NCBI GenBank assembly: GCA_964553035.1
Contig: CAZKJH010000005.1
Coordinates: forward strand, 1-62,632
Direction of reading: 5' to 3'
From: an uncultured Lentisphaerales bacterium
GTDB taxonomy: Bacteria; Verrucomicrobiota; Kiritimatiellia; RFP12; UBA3636
DNA length: 62,632 nucleotides
Made by a program: the position numbers and the translations under genes. The notes below the pieces were generated by a model. The model had not been told where the DNA came from, did not search any database, and saw only the letters and a program-made list of their open reading frames with translations. Every line of letters starts with the position of its first letter. Position 1 is the first letter of the stretch. Of this stretch, positions 27,221 to 36,866 are shown piece after piece.

Positions 27221-27256
27221 AAACTTTGTCGCAAACTTTGTCGCAAACTTTGTCGA
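27221..27256. repeat. Three tandem 12-bp units AAACTTTGTCGC downstream of metH
   Basis: Read directly: 27221-32, 27233-44, and 27245-56 (the last base differs). Confidence 0.85.
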
Positions 27257-27496
27257 ACCTCGGCGAAGCCGCATACAGGCGAACAAATCGTGAGAGCCAA
27301 CGGTGAACACCAACCTCGTTTAACCCGGCGTCCGCGCGGGGTGAAACGTAATCGTCCACGCGCTTTCAGTTGGCCTCCAGTGTTATTAAACCGGCCTTGC
27401 GAGAGAAACTGTTTTAGTGTAGAATTCAAGCCATAGTTACCGTGATGAGTTGTACGTTTCAACACATTGCAAACTCGAGTATATAAGGAGATTACT

Positions 27497-28489
27497 ATGG
27501 CACGCAAAGTCACGATATTCACAGGTCAGTGGGCGGATCTACCCCTATCAGAACTCGCCCCGAAAATGAAGGCACTCGGCTACGATGGCTTGGAACTCGC
27601 CTCGTGGGGCGATCATTTTGACATCGATAAGGCCGTCAAAAGCAAATCTTATTGCGAAGACAAGCGCGCTTTTCTCACTGCCAACGGCTTGGAATGCTTC
27701 GCCATCTCGAACCACATTGCAGGACAGTTGACCTGCGATAACCTCGACGAGCGTCATGCGCAATTCGCTCCTCCTAAATACAAGGGCGATTATAAAGCCA
27801 TGGCAAAATGGGCCGTGAAGCACCAGATGGATGCCGCCAAGGCCGCCAAAAACTTCGGCATCAACGTGGTTACAGCCTTCACCGGCTCACCAATTTGGCA
27901 TCTCCTCTACTCCTTTCCGCCCCCACTACCCGGCATGATCGATGCGGGTTACAAGAAGTTTGCGAAGATTATGACACCTATTCTCGATTGCTATGGCGAA
28001 TGCGGCATCAAATTCGCCCTCGAAGTCCATCCGACAGAAATCGCCTTCGACATCGTCTCGGCACAACGTGCGCTTGAAGCCGTGGACAATCACCCGGCCT
28101 TCGGCTTCAACTTCGATCCCTCACACTTCGGTTATCAGGGCGTGGACTACATTAAATTCTTGTACACGTTCAAGAACCGAATCTTTCACGTCCACGTCAA
28201 GGATGCCTGGTGGGGCAAGGGTGATGGCACGGTCGGTGTCTTTGGCGGTCACACAGAATTTGGAGATCCACGCCGCTACTGGGATTTCCGCTCACCGGGT
28301 CATGGTGACATCGATTTTGAGCGTATCATCGTCGCTCTGAACGATATCAACTACACCGGTCCTCTCTCCGTTGAATGGGAAGATTCACGTATGGAACGCT
28401 TCCATGGTGCCAAAGAATCGGCCGAATTTGTCCGCAAAATCGACTTCGAACGCAGCAACATCGCCTTCGACGGACAGTTCGCGAATTAA
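27497..28489 (+). CDS. Sugar phosphate isomerase/epimerase (xylose-isomerase-like TIM barrel)
   Basis: I moved the start to the ATG at 27497, with AAGGAG upstream. The sequence shows the family pattern GYDGLELASWGDH...FALEVHPTEIAFD...HVHVKD...SVEWED. Confidence 0.75.
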   Translation: MARKVTIFTGQWADLPLSELAPKMKALGYDGLELASWGDHFDIDKAVKSKSYCEDKRAFLTANGLECFAISNHIAGQLTCDNLDERHAQFAPPKYKGDYKAMAKWAVKHQMDAAKAAKNFGINVVTAFTGSPIWHLLYSFPPPLPGMIDAGYKKFAKIMTPILDCYGECGIKFALEVHPTEIAFDIVSAQRALEAVDNHPAFGFNFDPSHFGYQGVDYIKFLYTFKNRIFHVHVKDAWWGKGDGTVGVFGGHTEFGDPRRYWDFRSPGHGDIDFERIIVALNDINYTGPLSVEWEDSRMERFHGAKESAEFVRKIDFERSNIAFDGQFAN

Positions 28490-28500
28490 ATCGCTGTTTG

Positions 28501-28845
28501 TTTTTAAACAAGATTACAAAACCAACAAAGAACAAAGTCAACAAGATTTTAAAAATCGAAGAGCACGTAACCCAATCGAATTGGACTGACTGGAAATGGC
28601 AAAACAAGCATCGCATCTGTTCATTGCCGGTTCTGGAGTCACTGCTCAGGCTCAAACTCGACCCCGAAGCCCGGTCCAAGTTCATCGCTACAACAGAAAA
28701 ATTTCCCTTCTCCATCACGCCCTATTATCTTTCCTTGATCAATAGCGACGATCTTGCTCATGATCCTGTATTCATGCAGTCCGTTCCGTCCGTCCACGAG
28801 CTTGAGATGAGTGCTGCCGACATGGCCGATCCACTGTTGAGATGA
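28501..28845 (+). pseudogene. N-terminal fragment of a lysine-2,3-aminomutase (KamA/AblA family radical-SAM) gene
   Basis: The in-frame translation ...VTQSNWTDWKWQNKHRI...[45 protein letters not shown] matches the conserved KamA N-terminal region. There is no canonical start codon after the preceding stop. The frame ends before the CxxxCxxC radical-SAM core. Confidence 0.6.
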
Positions 28846-29093
28846 CTGACTTTGCTACACTTCCGGAATGGCTCGGTAATCGCTTTGCCCGACATCTCCT
28901 TGCAAAGATGGAACAGGAGATGAAGGCTAAAGGCATCAAGACCGCCTACACCATCGCGCGAGCCGCTTCGCCGGGAATCAATAACACATTTGGACGAGCG
29001 GGCTACCACTTCAGTGGGCGACTCAAAAACAACACCAATATCTCTGGGAACATCGAGAGTATGAATGTTTGGTACAAGCCACTCGCTTGTTAA
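28842..29093 (+). pseudogene. C-terminal fragment of a GNAT acetyltransferase (beta-lysine acetyltransferase AblB-like)
   Basis: 83 codons. The segment ..[54 protein letters not shown] resembles the C-terminal third of a GNAT fold. The acetyl-CoA-binding N-terminal two thirds are missing. Confidence 0.5.
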
Positions 29094-29125
29094 GCTTCTC
29101 CTGTCGCTAATATCGGCGTCGCGAC

Positions 29126-29154
29126 TTGAAGTTCCCTACGACTTATAGTATAAT
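29126..29154 (+). promoter_or_regulatory. Near-consensus sigma70-type promoter TTGAAG-17 nt-TATAAT upstream of the ferredoxin gene
   Basis: TTGAAG at 29126-31, a 17-nt spacer, and TATAAT at 29149-54, about 80 nt upstream of the ATG at 29235. Confidence 0.45.
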
Positions 29155-29234
29155 TAAATGCTGTAAATTAACGTGGAAGGTATCAGCAAGAGGCTGAAGA
29201 TCAACCACAGGATAGAAACCAAGGAAAAGTTATC

Positions 29235-29408
29235 ATGGCACACATTATTGATGAGAAAAAATGCATTGGCTGCGAAGCCTGTATACCAACATGCCCAGTA
29301 GAGGCAATCGCCAAGGTTGGCGAGGTCTGCGTTATTGACCCCGAAGCTTGCGTTGACTGCGGAAGCTGCACCGGCTCCTGCCCCACCGAAGCGATCGCAG
29401 CGGGCTAA
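29235..29408 (+). CDS. 2x[4Fe-4S] ferredoxin, 57 aa (below the ORF-track length cutoff)
   Basis: Hand translation: MAHIIDEKKCIGCEACIPTCPVEAIAKVGEVCVIDPEACVDCGSCTGSCPTEAIAAG. It has two CxxCxxCxxxCP motifs and AAGGAAAAG upstream. The minus-strand ORFs across this region are spurious. Confidence 0.85.
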   Translation: MAHIIDEKKCIGCEACIPTCPVEAIAKVGEVCVIDPEACVDCGSCTGSCPTEAIAAG

Positions 29409-29434
29409 TTGTCTAGTTCCGTAAATCATGAATC

Positions 29435-30781
29435 ATGCGGATCGTATACATAGTCCCGGGTCCTGCCGGGCCGTTCTTCGAAAAAAACAGCCTTCGGGAA
29501 CAAGCACTCGTGGCCGAACTAAGATGGTTCGGACACGATGTCCTCTTCCTACCACTACTTTTTCCGCTGGCACTTGGCAAAGATGAAGGTGCCGGAGCAG
29601 AGGAAATTCCTGTGTTCGGTGGTGCCGTCCGCATCTATTCGCATCATTGCTTCCCGTACTTAGCAGAACATGCGCCAGAATGGCTCTGGCGACAACTCGA
29701 CAAGCCAGGCTTGCGCCGCAGAATTGCCAAACATGTTCTCGGCTCACCGCGACGTTTTTCAGAATTCATTAAAGATGCCCTCGACGGACGCAACGGTCCG
29801 CTCGTAGCAGAGATGGAAAACCTCTGCCAATGGTTGTTACAGCAAAAGAAGCCCGACATCATTCTGCTTTCAACTCCGTTCCTGCTCGGGATGGCAGCCA
29901 TGCTGAAGAACAAACTCCGCGTTCCCGTGGCATGCGCCATGAACTCGGAATTTGAAGATATCGCTCACATCCGAGGTCCCGAAGGAATCATACTCCTGAC
30001 TAAATTGCGTAGCGTTGTGGGCGATGCCGATGGGTTTCTCTCCATCAGCCATTTTCACGCTGAGCGGATTCGAAACCGGCTAGGCGTGCCAGATTCGGCA
30101 ATCCGAGCAGTCCATCCAGGACTCTATATTGATAACTTCCCCGTTTTAGCTTCTCACGAAACGCCTGTCGTAGGCGTGGTCGTGCGAGGAGAACCGACTG
30201 GGAACGAAATGAATGTATCGCTCGCGGTCTCAACGCTCCGCCGAAGCGTTGGAGCGCAGGGTATGCCCATTCGCGTGGCGGTGGAGCGCGATGTGCTACA
30301 TCGGTTTGAAAACCACAAAAGCATTTTAGAGGCTGGGGGCAAAGTCGAGACTCTGCCACAGACTAGCGAGAAACTGCAACCCTTCCTTCGGGAATTCGCA
30401 CTCATTATCTTTATCCACGGTAGTCCACAACCTGCCTTTGATATTCTTGTTCTCGACGCACTGGCCTGTGGAATTCCCGTTGTGATCCCCAACACCGGTG
30501 CCAATCCAGAAATTGCTGCCTTTTCTAATGCCGCTTACCTCTACCGTGACGCAGCGGAGATGGCAGAGAAAACCACCCTTCTCCTTTCTAATACTGGAGC
30601 AAGGGCCGATGGCATCCGAAGCGAGGCGCGCCGAAGTGTTGAGCACTGCTTTTCGATGCCGCGTCTGGCGCAAGAAACCGCCGAAGCGCTGCAAACGATC
30701 ATTAACCGCAGTTCACGAAGCCAAGAAGCGTGGGCGATTCGACCCCGCTCCGCATCCCAGAGCGATTCGCCTACCCCATGA
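29435..30781 (+). CDS. Glycosyltransferase (GT-B fold, GT4-like)
   Basis: 448-aa ORF. The N-terminus MRIVYIVPGP and the C-terminal segment FDILVLDALACGIPVVIPNTGANPEI are typical of GT1/GT4 enzymes. Confidence 0.65.
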   Translation: MRIVYIVPGPAGPFFEKNSLREQALVAELRWFGHDVLFLPLLFPLALGKDEGAGAEEIPVFGGAVRIYSHHCFPYLAEHAPEWLWRQLDKPGLRRRIAKHVLGSPRRFSEFIKDALDGRNGPLVAEMENLCQWLLQQKKPDIILLSTPFLLGMAAMLKNKLRVPVACAMNSEFEDIAHIRGPEGIILLTKLRSVVGDADGFLSISHFHAERIRNRLGVPDSAIRAVHPGLYIDNFPVLASHETPVVGVVVRGEPTGNEMNVSLAVSTLRRSVGAQGMPIRVAVERDVLHRFENHKSILEAGGKVETLPQTSEKLQPFLREFALIIFIHGSPQPAFDILVLDALACGIPVVIPNTGANPEIAAFSNAAYLYRDAAEMAEKTTLLLSNTGARADGIRSEARRSVEHCFSMPRLAQETAEALQTIINRSSRSQEAWAIRPRSASQSDSPTP

Positions 30782-30797
30782 ACGACATAATCTGATC

Positions 30798-33700
30798 ATG
30801 CAAAACTTTGTCCACCTTCATCTCCACACATCATTCTCCCTCCTCGACGGCGCGTGTCAAATCGACAAGCTTGTAAAACGTGCCAAGTCACTCGACATGC
30901 CAGCATGCGCCATTAGCGATCATGGGAATTTGTTCGGTGTGAAGCTTTTTCATGCGACCTGCAAAGCCGTGGGGATTAAGCCGATCTTGGGCTGCGAGGC
31001 ATACGTCGCCTCAGAACCGCATACCGAGCGGACAGTCTTGTCTGGCCACCACCTCATCCTGCTGGCTAAGAATCTTGTTGGGTACAGAAATCTTGTCAAA
31101 CTCAGCTCTCTCGCCTACACGCAGGGGTTTTATGGCAGGCCGCGAATCGACAAACCATTACTCGAACAGTATCGTGAAGGCCTGATTGTCTCCTCTGCCT
31201 GCATCGGAGGCGAAATTCCACGCTTGCTCATCAACGGAAACCATGAAGAAGCTGAAAAATCAGCGTTGTGGTATAAAAACGTTTTTGGAGATGACTTCTA
31301 TCTGGAGATCATGCTTCACAAAGCAAAAGATCCTGGACTCGCGCCTGAATACCAGAACAAAATCAATCGCGAGGTTTATGAGCGCCAACTCGTGGCGAAT
31401 CGGGAAGTTCTCGCTCTCGGTGCTAAACTCGGCATCGAGGTCATCGCCACCAATGACGTTCACTTCTTGATGAAAGACGACGCGGAGGCGCATGATGTCT
31501 TGCTTTGCCTCAACACAGGTAAAAAAGTTGAGGATGCCGACCGACTTCGTTACACCCGTGAGGAATGGTTCAAGTCCTATGACGAAATGGCGCGCAATTT
31601 ACCAGAGAACTTGGAGCAAATTGCGAACACGCTAAAAATTGCCGACAAGGTCGAGGAGTACGAACTCGATTCAAAACCGATCATGCCCGTCTTTCCGATT
31701 CCGAAAGCTTTTTCAGACGAGGCAGACTACGCGCTCAAGTTCCCGAAAGAAGCTCTCGAAAAAGAATTCGGAAAAAGTTTCGAGACGCTCGGAGGCAACA
31801 CGAAAGGTGGCGTAGAAAGCGTTCGGCGTATCAAATTTGAGCTGGATTACTTGAAGCATCTGACGCTGATCGGCGCAGCGAAGCGCTGGCCAGAAGGAAT
31901 TCCTGCGGAAGTCAATGAACGGATTGAGTTCGAGCTGCAAACCATCCAGTCGATGGGCTTTCCGGGATATTTTCTCATTGTTCAGGACTTTATCGCAGCC
32001 GCCAGAAAAATGAAGGTCGTCGTTGGCCCCGGCCGTGGATCGGCTGCCGGATGTGTAGTAGCCTACTGCCTTGGTATCACCAACATTGATCCGATCAAAT
32101 ACCACTTGCTGTTTGAGCGTTTTTTAAATCCAGACCGTATTTCCATGCCTGATATGGATATTGACTTCGATGATGCCGGGCGACAAAGCGTTCTGGACTG
32201 GATTACTCAAAAATATGGAGCGGACCGCGTCTCGCATATCGTAACCTTTGGTAGCATGGCGCCAAAGAGCTGCATCAAAGATATCGCTCGCGTATTCAAT
32301 GTTGATATTCCTGAATCGAATCGACTTTCAGCGTTCATACCCGAAACGCCGAAAATCACGATGGAAGATGCACTAAAAGGAAGCGCAGAATTCCGAAACG
32401 AATTTAAAAACGGCACAGCACTCACGAAGAAGATTTTGAATCTCGCAATGATTCTTGAAGGCACTTCCAAAAACGTTGGTATCCACGCCTGTGGGATTAT
32501 CATCAGTCGGGATCCGCTCACGGAGACCATTCCCGTGATGCCAACCAAGGATGATTTGCTTTTAACAACGCAATATGACGGCCACTTCGTAGAATCGATT
32601 GGTCTTCTGAAGATGGACTTGCTCGGCTTAAAAACTCTCACCGTCATCAAAGACTGCCTCGCTGCGATTAAAGAAGTTCGTGGACTTGACATCGATATTG
32701 ATGCGATTCCTCTCGACGACAAGGAGACGTTTGAGCTCTTTTCGCGCGGTGATACAACCGGTACATTCCAGTTTGAATCGGATGGAATGAAAAAACATCT
32801 CCGAGCCCTCCAGCCCAATCGGCTCGAAGACCTCGTTGCCATGAACGCCCTCTACCGCCCTGGCCCCATGCTGTATATTCCGCAATACATCGAAAGAAAG
32901 CAGGGGCGCGAGAACATTAGCTACGACCATCCGATGATGGAAACGGTCCTGAAGGAAACCTACGGCATTACCGTTTATCAGGAGCAAGTCATGCTCCTTT
33001 CCAGATCGCTTGGAAACTTCACTCGAGGCCAGTCCGATACGCTCCGCAAGGCCATGGGCAAGAAAGATGTGGAAACGATGAACAAAATGAAGCCAAAGTT
33101 CATCGCTGGGTGTTTAGCGAACCCCGAATTCATGCGGCACTGCCAGAACGCTGAGGAAGCTGAAAAAAAGATCGACAAGATCTGGACCGACTGGAAGGCT
33201 TTTGCCCTCTATGCCTTCAATAAGTCGCACTCCGTCTGCTACGCCTATATTGCCTACCAGACCGGTTATCTCAAAGCCCACTTTGCACCGGAATACATGT
33301 GTGCACAGATCTCCTCAGAAATCGGAAACTTTGACAAGATGCCGATCTTCATTAATGAAGCCGTTGCGATGGGTTACGAGGTGCTCGCGCCCAATATCAA
33401 TCACTCCGCTACCATCTTCATCCCAGAGACGATGGCAGACGGTAAAACCTTCGGCGTTCGCTATGGCCTTGCGGGAATCAAGGGTGTAGGCCTAGGGGCC
33501 GCAGAGTCGATTGTGGCCGAACGAAAAAAGAACGGCCCCTACAAAGGGTTTACGAATTTCCTGGAACGAATCGATACTTCTGTCAGCAAAAAAGCGATCG
33601 ATTCACTGATCCGATGTGGTACCTTCGATTTCCTAGGATTTCATCGTGCGGCCCTGCTCCAAGAACTACCTCAAGCCATGCAACGCGCCGTCACGGCGCG

Positions 33701-34559
33701 CAAAGACAAGGAAGCCGGACAGTCATCCATGTTCGATATGTGGCAAGACGATTCTGGCCAAGAAGAGAAAGTAGAACACATCAACAGTGCCGTTCCACCG
33801 ATGCCGCGTGTCGAACTGCTTACCGCAGAGAAAGATCTACTCGGAATTTATATGTCCGGACATCCCATCACCAAATATCGCGCCATCACGTCGAAGTTTT
33901 CTTCTCTGGCGGAGGTCGAAGCAAAGTTGGCGGCGCTCGGTGAAAAACTTGCCGACGAAAAGGCTAAAAACAATCCCGATAATTCAGGTAGTGCTGACAA
34001 ATGGAAAAAACGTTCAAAGCCTGACACAGTCATGTTCTGCGCCTTTGTTGGTGATGTGACGTATCGATTCGACAAAAAAGACCAAAAAATGTGCTCAGTC
34101 AACGTTGAAGATGCCGATACAAAATTTAGTTTTATGATCTTCGGAAGAGATCTCGGCAAACTAATCGGAGATCCAGTTAACCCGCGAGAACCCCTCTCAA
34201 AAGGTTGTACGATGCACTTCACGGCTGAAATAGCACCGAGCTGGAAGAATGAACCAAGCATGACCATCGTCGATTACATGGCGATTGAAAAAGTCCCAGC
34301 ATGCCTAGCGAGTTCGGTCACTCTCATGCTCGATGCTGCCAAGTTTTCTTCCGATGGATTTGCTGACGTCAAATCCCTGCTTGAGAAGTATCCTGGACGA
34401 ATCCCGACGCAGATTATGCTTGAACTTAAGGACAAAACCTGGGTTACCATGTCAGTCTCTCAAGACCTCTACGTGCTGCCCGATGAAAACTTCATGAAGG
34501 CGGCCTCTGCCCTGCTGGGCAACGGAAAAGTTACGTATACAATGAGAGGATTACGCTAA
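30798..34559 (+). CDS. dnaE: DNA polymerase III alpha subunit
   Basis: I moved the start to the ATG at 30798 (MQNFVHLHLHTSFSLLDGA, the PHP domain). The ORF contains GFPGYFLIVQDFI, PGRGSAAG, the MPDMDIDF catalytic aspartates and an OB fold at the end. Confidence 0.95.
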   Translation: MQNFVHLHLHTSFSLLDGACQIDKLVKRAKSLDMPACAISDHGNLFGVKLFHATCKAVGIKPILGCEAYVASEPHTERTVLSGHHLILLAKNLVGYRNLVKLSSLAYTQGFYGRPRIDKPLLEQYREGLIVSSACIGGEIPRLLINGNHEEAEKSALWYKNVFGDDFYLEIMLHKAKDPGLAPEYQNKINREVYERQLVANREVLALGAKLGIEVIATNDVHFLMKDDAEAHDVLLCLNTGKKVEDADRLRYTREEWFKSYDEMARNLPENLEQIANTLKIADKVEEYELDSKPIMPVFPIPKAFSDEADYALKFPKEALEKEFGKSFETLGGNTKGGVESVRRIKFELDYLKHLTLIGAAKRWPEGIPAEVNERIEFELQTIQSMGFPGYFLIVQDFIAAARKMKVVVGPGRGSAAGCVVAYCLGITNIDPIKYHLLFERFLNPDRISMPDMDIDFDDAGRQSVLDWITQKYGADRVSHIVTFGSMAPKSCIKDIARVFNVDIPESNRLSAFIPETPKITMEDALKGSAEFRNEFKNGTALTKKILNLAMILEGTSKNVGIHACGIIISRDPLTETIPVMPTKDDLLLTTQYDGHFVESIGLLKMDLLGLKTLTVIKDCLAAIKEVRGLDIDIDAIPLDDKETFELFSRGDTTGTFQFESDGMKKHLRALQPNRLEDLVAMNALYRPGPMLYIPQYIERKQGRENISYDHPMMETVLKETYGITVYQEQVMLLSRSLGNFTRGQSDTLRKAMGKKDVETMNKMKPKFIAGCLANPEFMRHCQNAEEAEKKIDKIWTDWKAFALYAFNKSHSVCYAYIAYQTGYLKAHFAPEYMCAQISSEIGNFDKMPIFINEAVAMGYEVLAPNINHSATIFIPETMADGKTFGVRYGLAGIKGVGLGAAESIVAERKKNGPYKGFTNFLERIDTSVSKKAIDSLIRCGTFDFLGFHRAALLQELPQAMQRAVTARKDKEAGQSSMFDMWQDDSGQEEKVEHINSAVPPMPRVELLTAEKDLLGIYMSGHPITKYRAITSKFSSLAEVEAKLAALGEKLADEKAKNNPDNSGSADKWKKRSKPDTVMFCAFVGDVTYRFDKKDQKMCSVNVEDADTKFSFMIFGRDLGKLIGDPVNPREPLSKGCTMHFTAEIAPSWKNEPSMTIVDYMAIEKVPACLASSVTLMLDAAKFSSDGFADVKSLLEKYPGRIPTQIMLELKDKTWVTMSVSQDLYVLPDENFMKAASALLGNGKVTYTMRGLR

Positions 34560-35930
34560 ATGCGAGAAAAAATTCGGGCCCGTGCTGCGTCGATGCCGCC
34601 GCAACGCTCCTTGGTTGCCGCTTTTGCCGGTGCAATCTTGGTTGGCACAATTCTACTTGCACTCCCCATCTCAAACACCGATGGTCAATGGCACTTCTCG
34701 ACAAACGCTCTTTTTCTGGCAACGAGCGCAACCTGTGTAACAGGCCTCGACCCCGTTGGCATTGGCACCTCCCTCAGCGGATTCGGCCTCACCGTCATAC
34801 TTTTACTTGTGGAACTCGGCGGAATTGGGATCATGACCGTCGGCACGTTTTTCTTCATTGTTATGGGAAGACGTTTGTCGCTCTCTGATGAGCGTGTCAT
34901 CATGAATACACTCGGCGAGGAAACCGTCTCCAAAGTAGCGCGAATTATTCGCAAAACCCTGCTCTTCACATTCTCTTGGGAGATCGTCGGAGCAGCACTC
35001 ATTGCTTGGCGTCTCCAGGAGGCGTATGGTTACACCGTAGAAAAAGCAATTCCACATGCGGTTTTCATGTCGGTCATGTCATTTTGTAATGCAGGGTTCA
35101 CAATCGATTCTAATAGTATGTGCCGCTTTGCCAGCGATCCTTGGATTTTACTTCCCCTGATGGTACTCATGATCATGGGAGGCATTGGATTCGTCGTTCA
35201 TGCTAATGTTGTAAGCCTGTGGCCGTCGAAAACTTCTCAGAACAAAGACAAACGTCTGTCTCTCCACTCCCACATCGTTCTCAAAACGACAGGATTTATT
35301 CTCCTCACCGGAACTCTCACCATCCTACTGCTAGAATGGTCTGGCGCTTTTGCAAACCTTCCAACCGGGAATAAACTCATGGGAGCTTTTTTTCAAACTG
35401 TCACTTCGCGTACCACTGGGTTCGCAGCCGTTCCCACAACTTCCTTGCGAAATGCCTCTCTCATTATCACGATGATCTTGATGTTCATCGGTGCCGCTCC
35501 AGGTTCCACAGGCGGCGGCATCAAGGTGACAACGGCGGCTGTTCTGTATGCTACCGTACGGGATATTATTCTAAAAAAACAAGACACCGAAATTCAATTT
35601 CGGTCTATTCCAAAACGTGTAGTGAGGGATGCCATCGCCATCATCATTTTAAGCGTGACGATTATTACTATGACATGCCTCATCCTGTCGATTACTGAGG
35701 AGCAATCCGACAGGTCTCTGTTCGCCTTATTTTTCGAGATCGTATCTGCCTACACAACAACTGGCTTGTCGCTCGACGTAACAGCAACCCTGACCATCGT
35801 AGGAAAACTACTCATTATTGTGTGCATGTTCTTGGGTCGTCTCGGCCCTATGACCTTCGCGCTCACGATGTCGCGACATCAAACAGGACCTGCAAAACGC
35901 TATCCTGAAGAAAACGTAATTATAGGATAA
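34560..35930 (+). CDS. trkH: TrkH/KtrB-family potassium transporter membrane subunit
   Basis: 456-aa polytopic ORF with repeated selectivity-filter-like motifs (TCVTGL, CNAGFT, SRTTGF, YTTTGLS). Confidence 0.85.
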   Translation: MREKIRARAASMPPQRSLVAAFAGAILVGTILLALPISNTDGQWHFSTNALFLATSATCVTGLDPVGIGTSLSGFGLTVILLLVELGGIGIMTVGTFFFIVMGRRLSLSDERVIMNTLGEETVSKVARIIRKTLLFTFSWEIVGAALIAWRLQEAYGYTVEKAIPHAVFMSVMSFCNAGFTIDSNSMCRFASDPWILLPLMVLMIMGGIGFVVHANVVSLWPSKTSQNKDKRLSLHSHIVLKTTGFILLTGTLTILLLEWSGAFANLPTGNKLMGAFFQTVTSRTTGFAAVPTTSLRNASLIITMILMFIGAAPGSTGGGIKVTTAAVLYATVRDIILKKQDTEIQFRSIPKRVVRDAIAIIILSVTIITMTCLILSITEEQSDRSLFALFFEIVSAYTTTGLSLDVTATLTIVGKLLIIVCMFLGRLGPMTFALTMSRHQTGPAKRYPEENVIIG

Positions 35931-35934
35931 GACC

Positions 35935-36603
35935 ATGAAAAAACTGAAAGTTGGTATTATTGGTGGCGGTCGTTTCGGCATGACGCTCGCAGAGAGCTTA
36001 GCGGCAAACCGTGTTGATGTCACGTTGGTGGATTGCAACTGGGATGTCGTGCAATCCCTGTCGAACTCAACAATTCGTGCCGTGCATGGCGATGGAACTA
36101 ACCCTGAGATCTTGCGTTCATCCGGATTTGCCGAGTTGGATGTTGCCGTCGTGGGCATATCATCCTCGCTGGAATGCAGTACCCTGGCAACCATCAACTG
36201 CAAAGATCTCAAGATTGGAAAAGTTATTGCTAAGGCATCTTCCGATCTCCACGGACGTGTGTTAGAAAGAATCGGCGCGGACATCATCGTCTATCCCGAC
36301 CGTGATCGTGCCTATCGACTTGCCAAATCACTGATCGCACGGTCTCCGGTCGATCTTTTTGAGATTGCAACAGGATACAGTGTCGCAGAAATTTCCGTGC
36401 CAACTGCAGCCGTTGGCAAGACACTCATTGAAGCCGCCGTACGCCAAACCTACGGGATCACCGTTCTGGCGATCAAAAGATCTACCGAAGGCGGCAAGGG
36501 TCCACGGCAGACGATCATCACCACAGGAAAGGAAACCTTGGAAAAAAATGATCTACTCGTCGTCTTCGGTGCTGATGAAAGCCTCGACAAGCTCAACGGC
36601 TAG
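35935..36603 (+). CDS. trkA: TrkA/KtrA-family potassium uptake regulatory subunit (RCK domain)
   Basis: 222-aa ORF with the Rossmann motif VGIIGGGRFG and an RCK_C segment at the C-terminus. Confidence 0.85.
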   Translation: MKKLKVGIIGGGRFGMTLAESLAANRVDVTLVDCNWDVVQSLSNSTIRAVHGDGTNPEILRSSGFAELDVAVVGISSSLECSTLATINCKDLKIGKVIAKASSDLHGRVLERIGADIIVYPDRDRAYRLAKSLIARSPVDLFEIATGYSVAEISVPTAAVGKTLIEAAVRQTYGITVLAIKRSTEGGKGPRQTIITTGKETLEKNDLLVVFGADESLDKLNG

Positions 36604-36809
36604 TCAGGTGACTGAAATTTCCTCTGCGTAATCTTGAAGAATTTAATCTTGAAGAATAAATTTCAGATTATAATAATCTAGCGTTACCATAAATTTGATG
36701 TGGTTTAAAATTCTCGGTTGAGCAGAGCAGTTGAAAGGTGCAGAATACTGACATGATAAGGAGGGGAAACAACGAGGTTGCGGATATCGATTCCGTTGTT
36801 TTCTCGGAC

Positions 36810-36866
36810 TAATCGTAATCCGTTCTGCTGAAGAGATTACGAGTACGATTCGGATTATGAGGGAGA
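36810..36866. repeat. Second copy of the TAATCC-hairpin core seen at 147-203
   Basis: The two copies match at 51 of 57 positions in the same orientation. Stem TCGTAATC / GATTACGA is perfect here. Position 36815 is G where copy 1 has C, which restores a base pair. Confidence 0.8.

Noticed and set aside
30498-30797. Long 5' extensions of ORF-track entries: dnaE from 30498, metH from 23577, hsdR from 43387, deoR from 20527, ahcY from 49909, uxaC from 52677, HAD from 57914
   Set aside because: The extensions overlap upstream genes or lack family similarity. Internal ATGs give canonical family N-termini, usually with a Shine-Dalgarno sequence.
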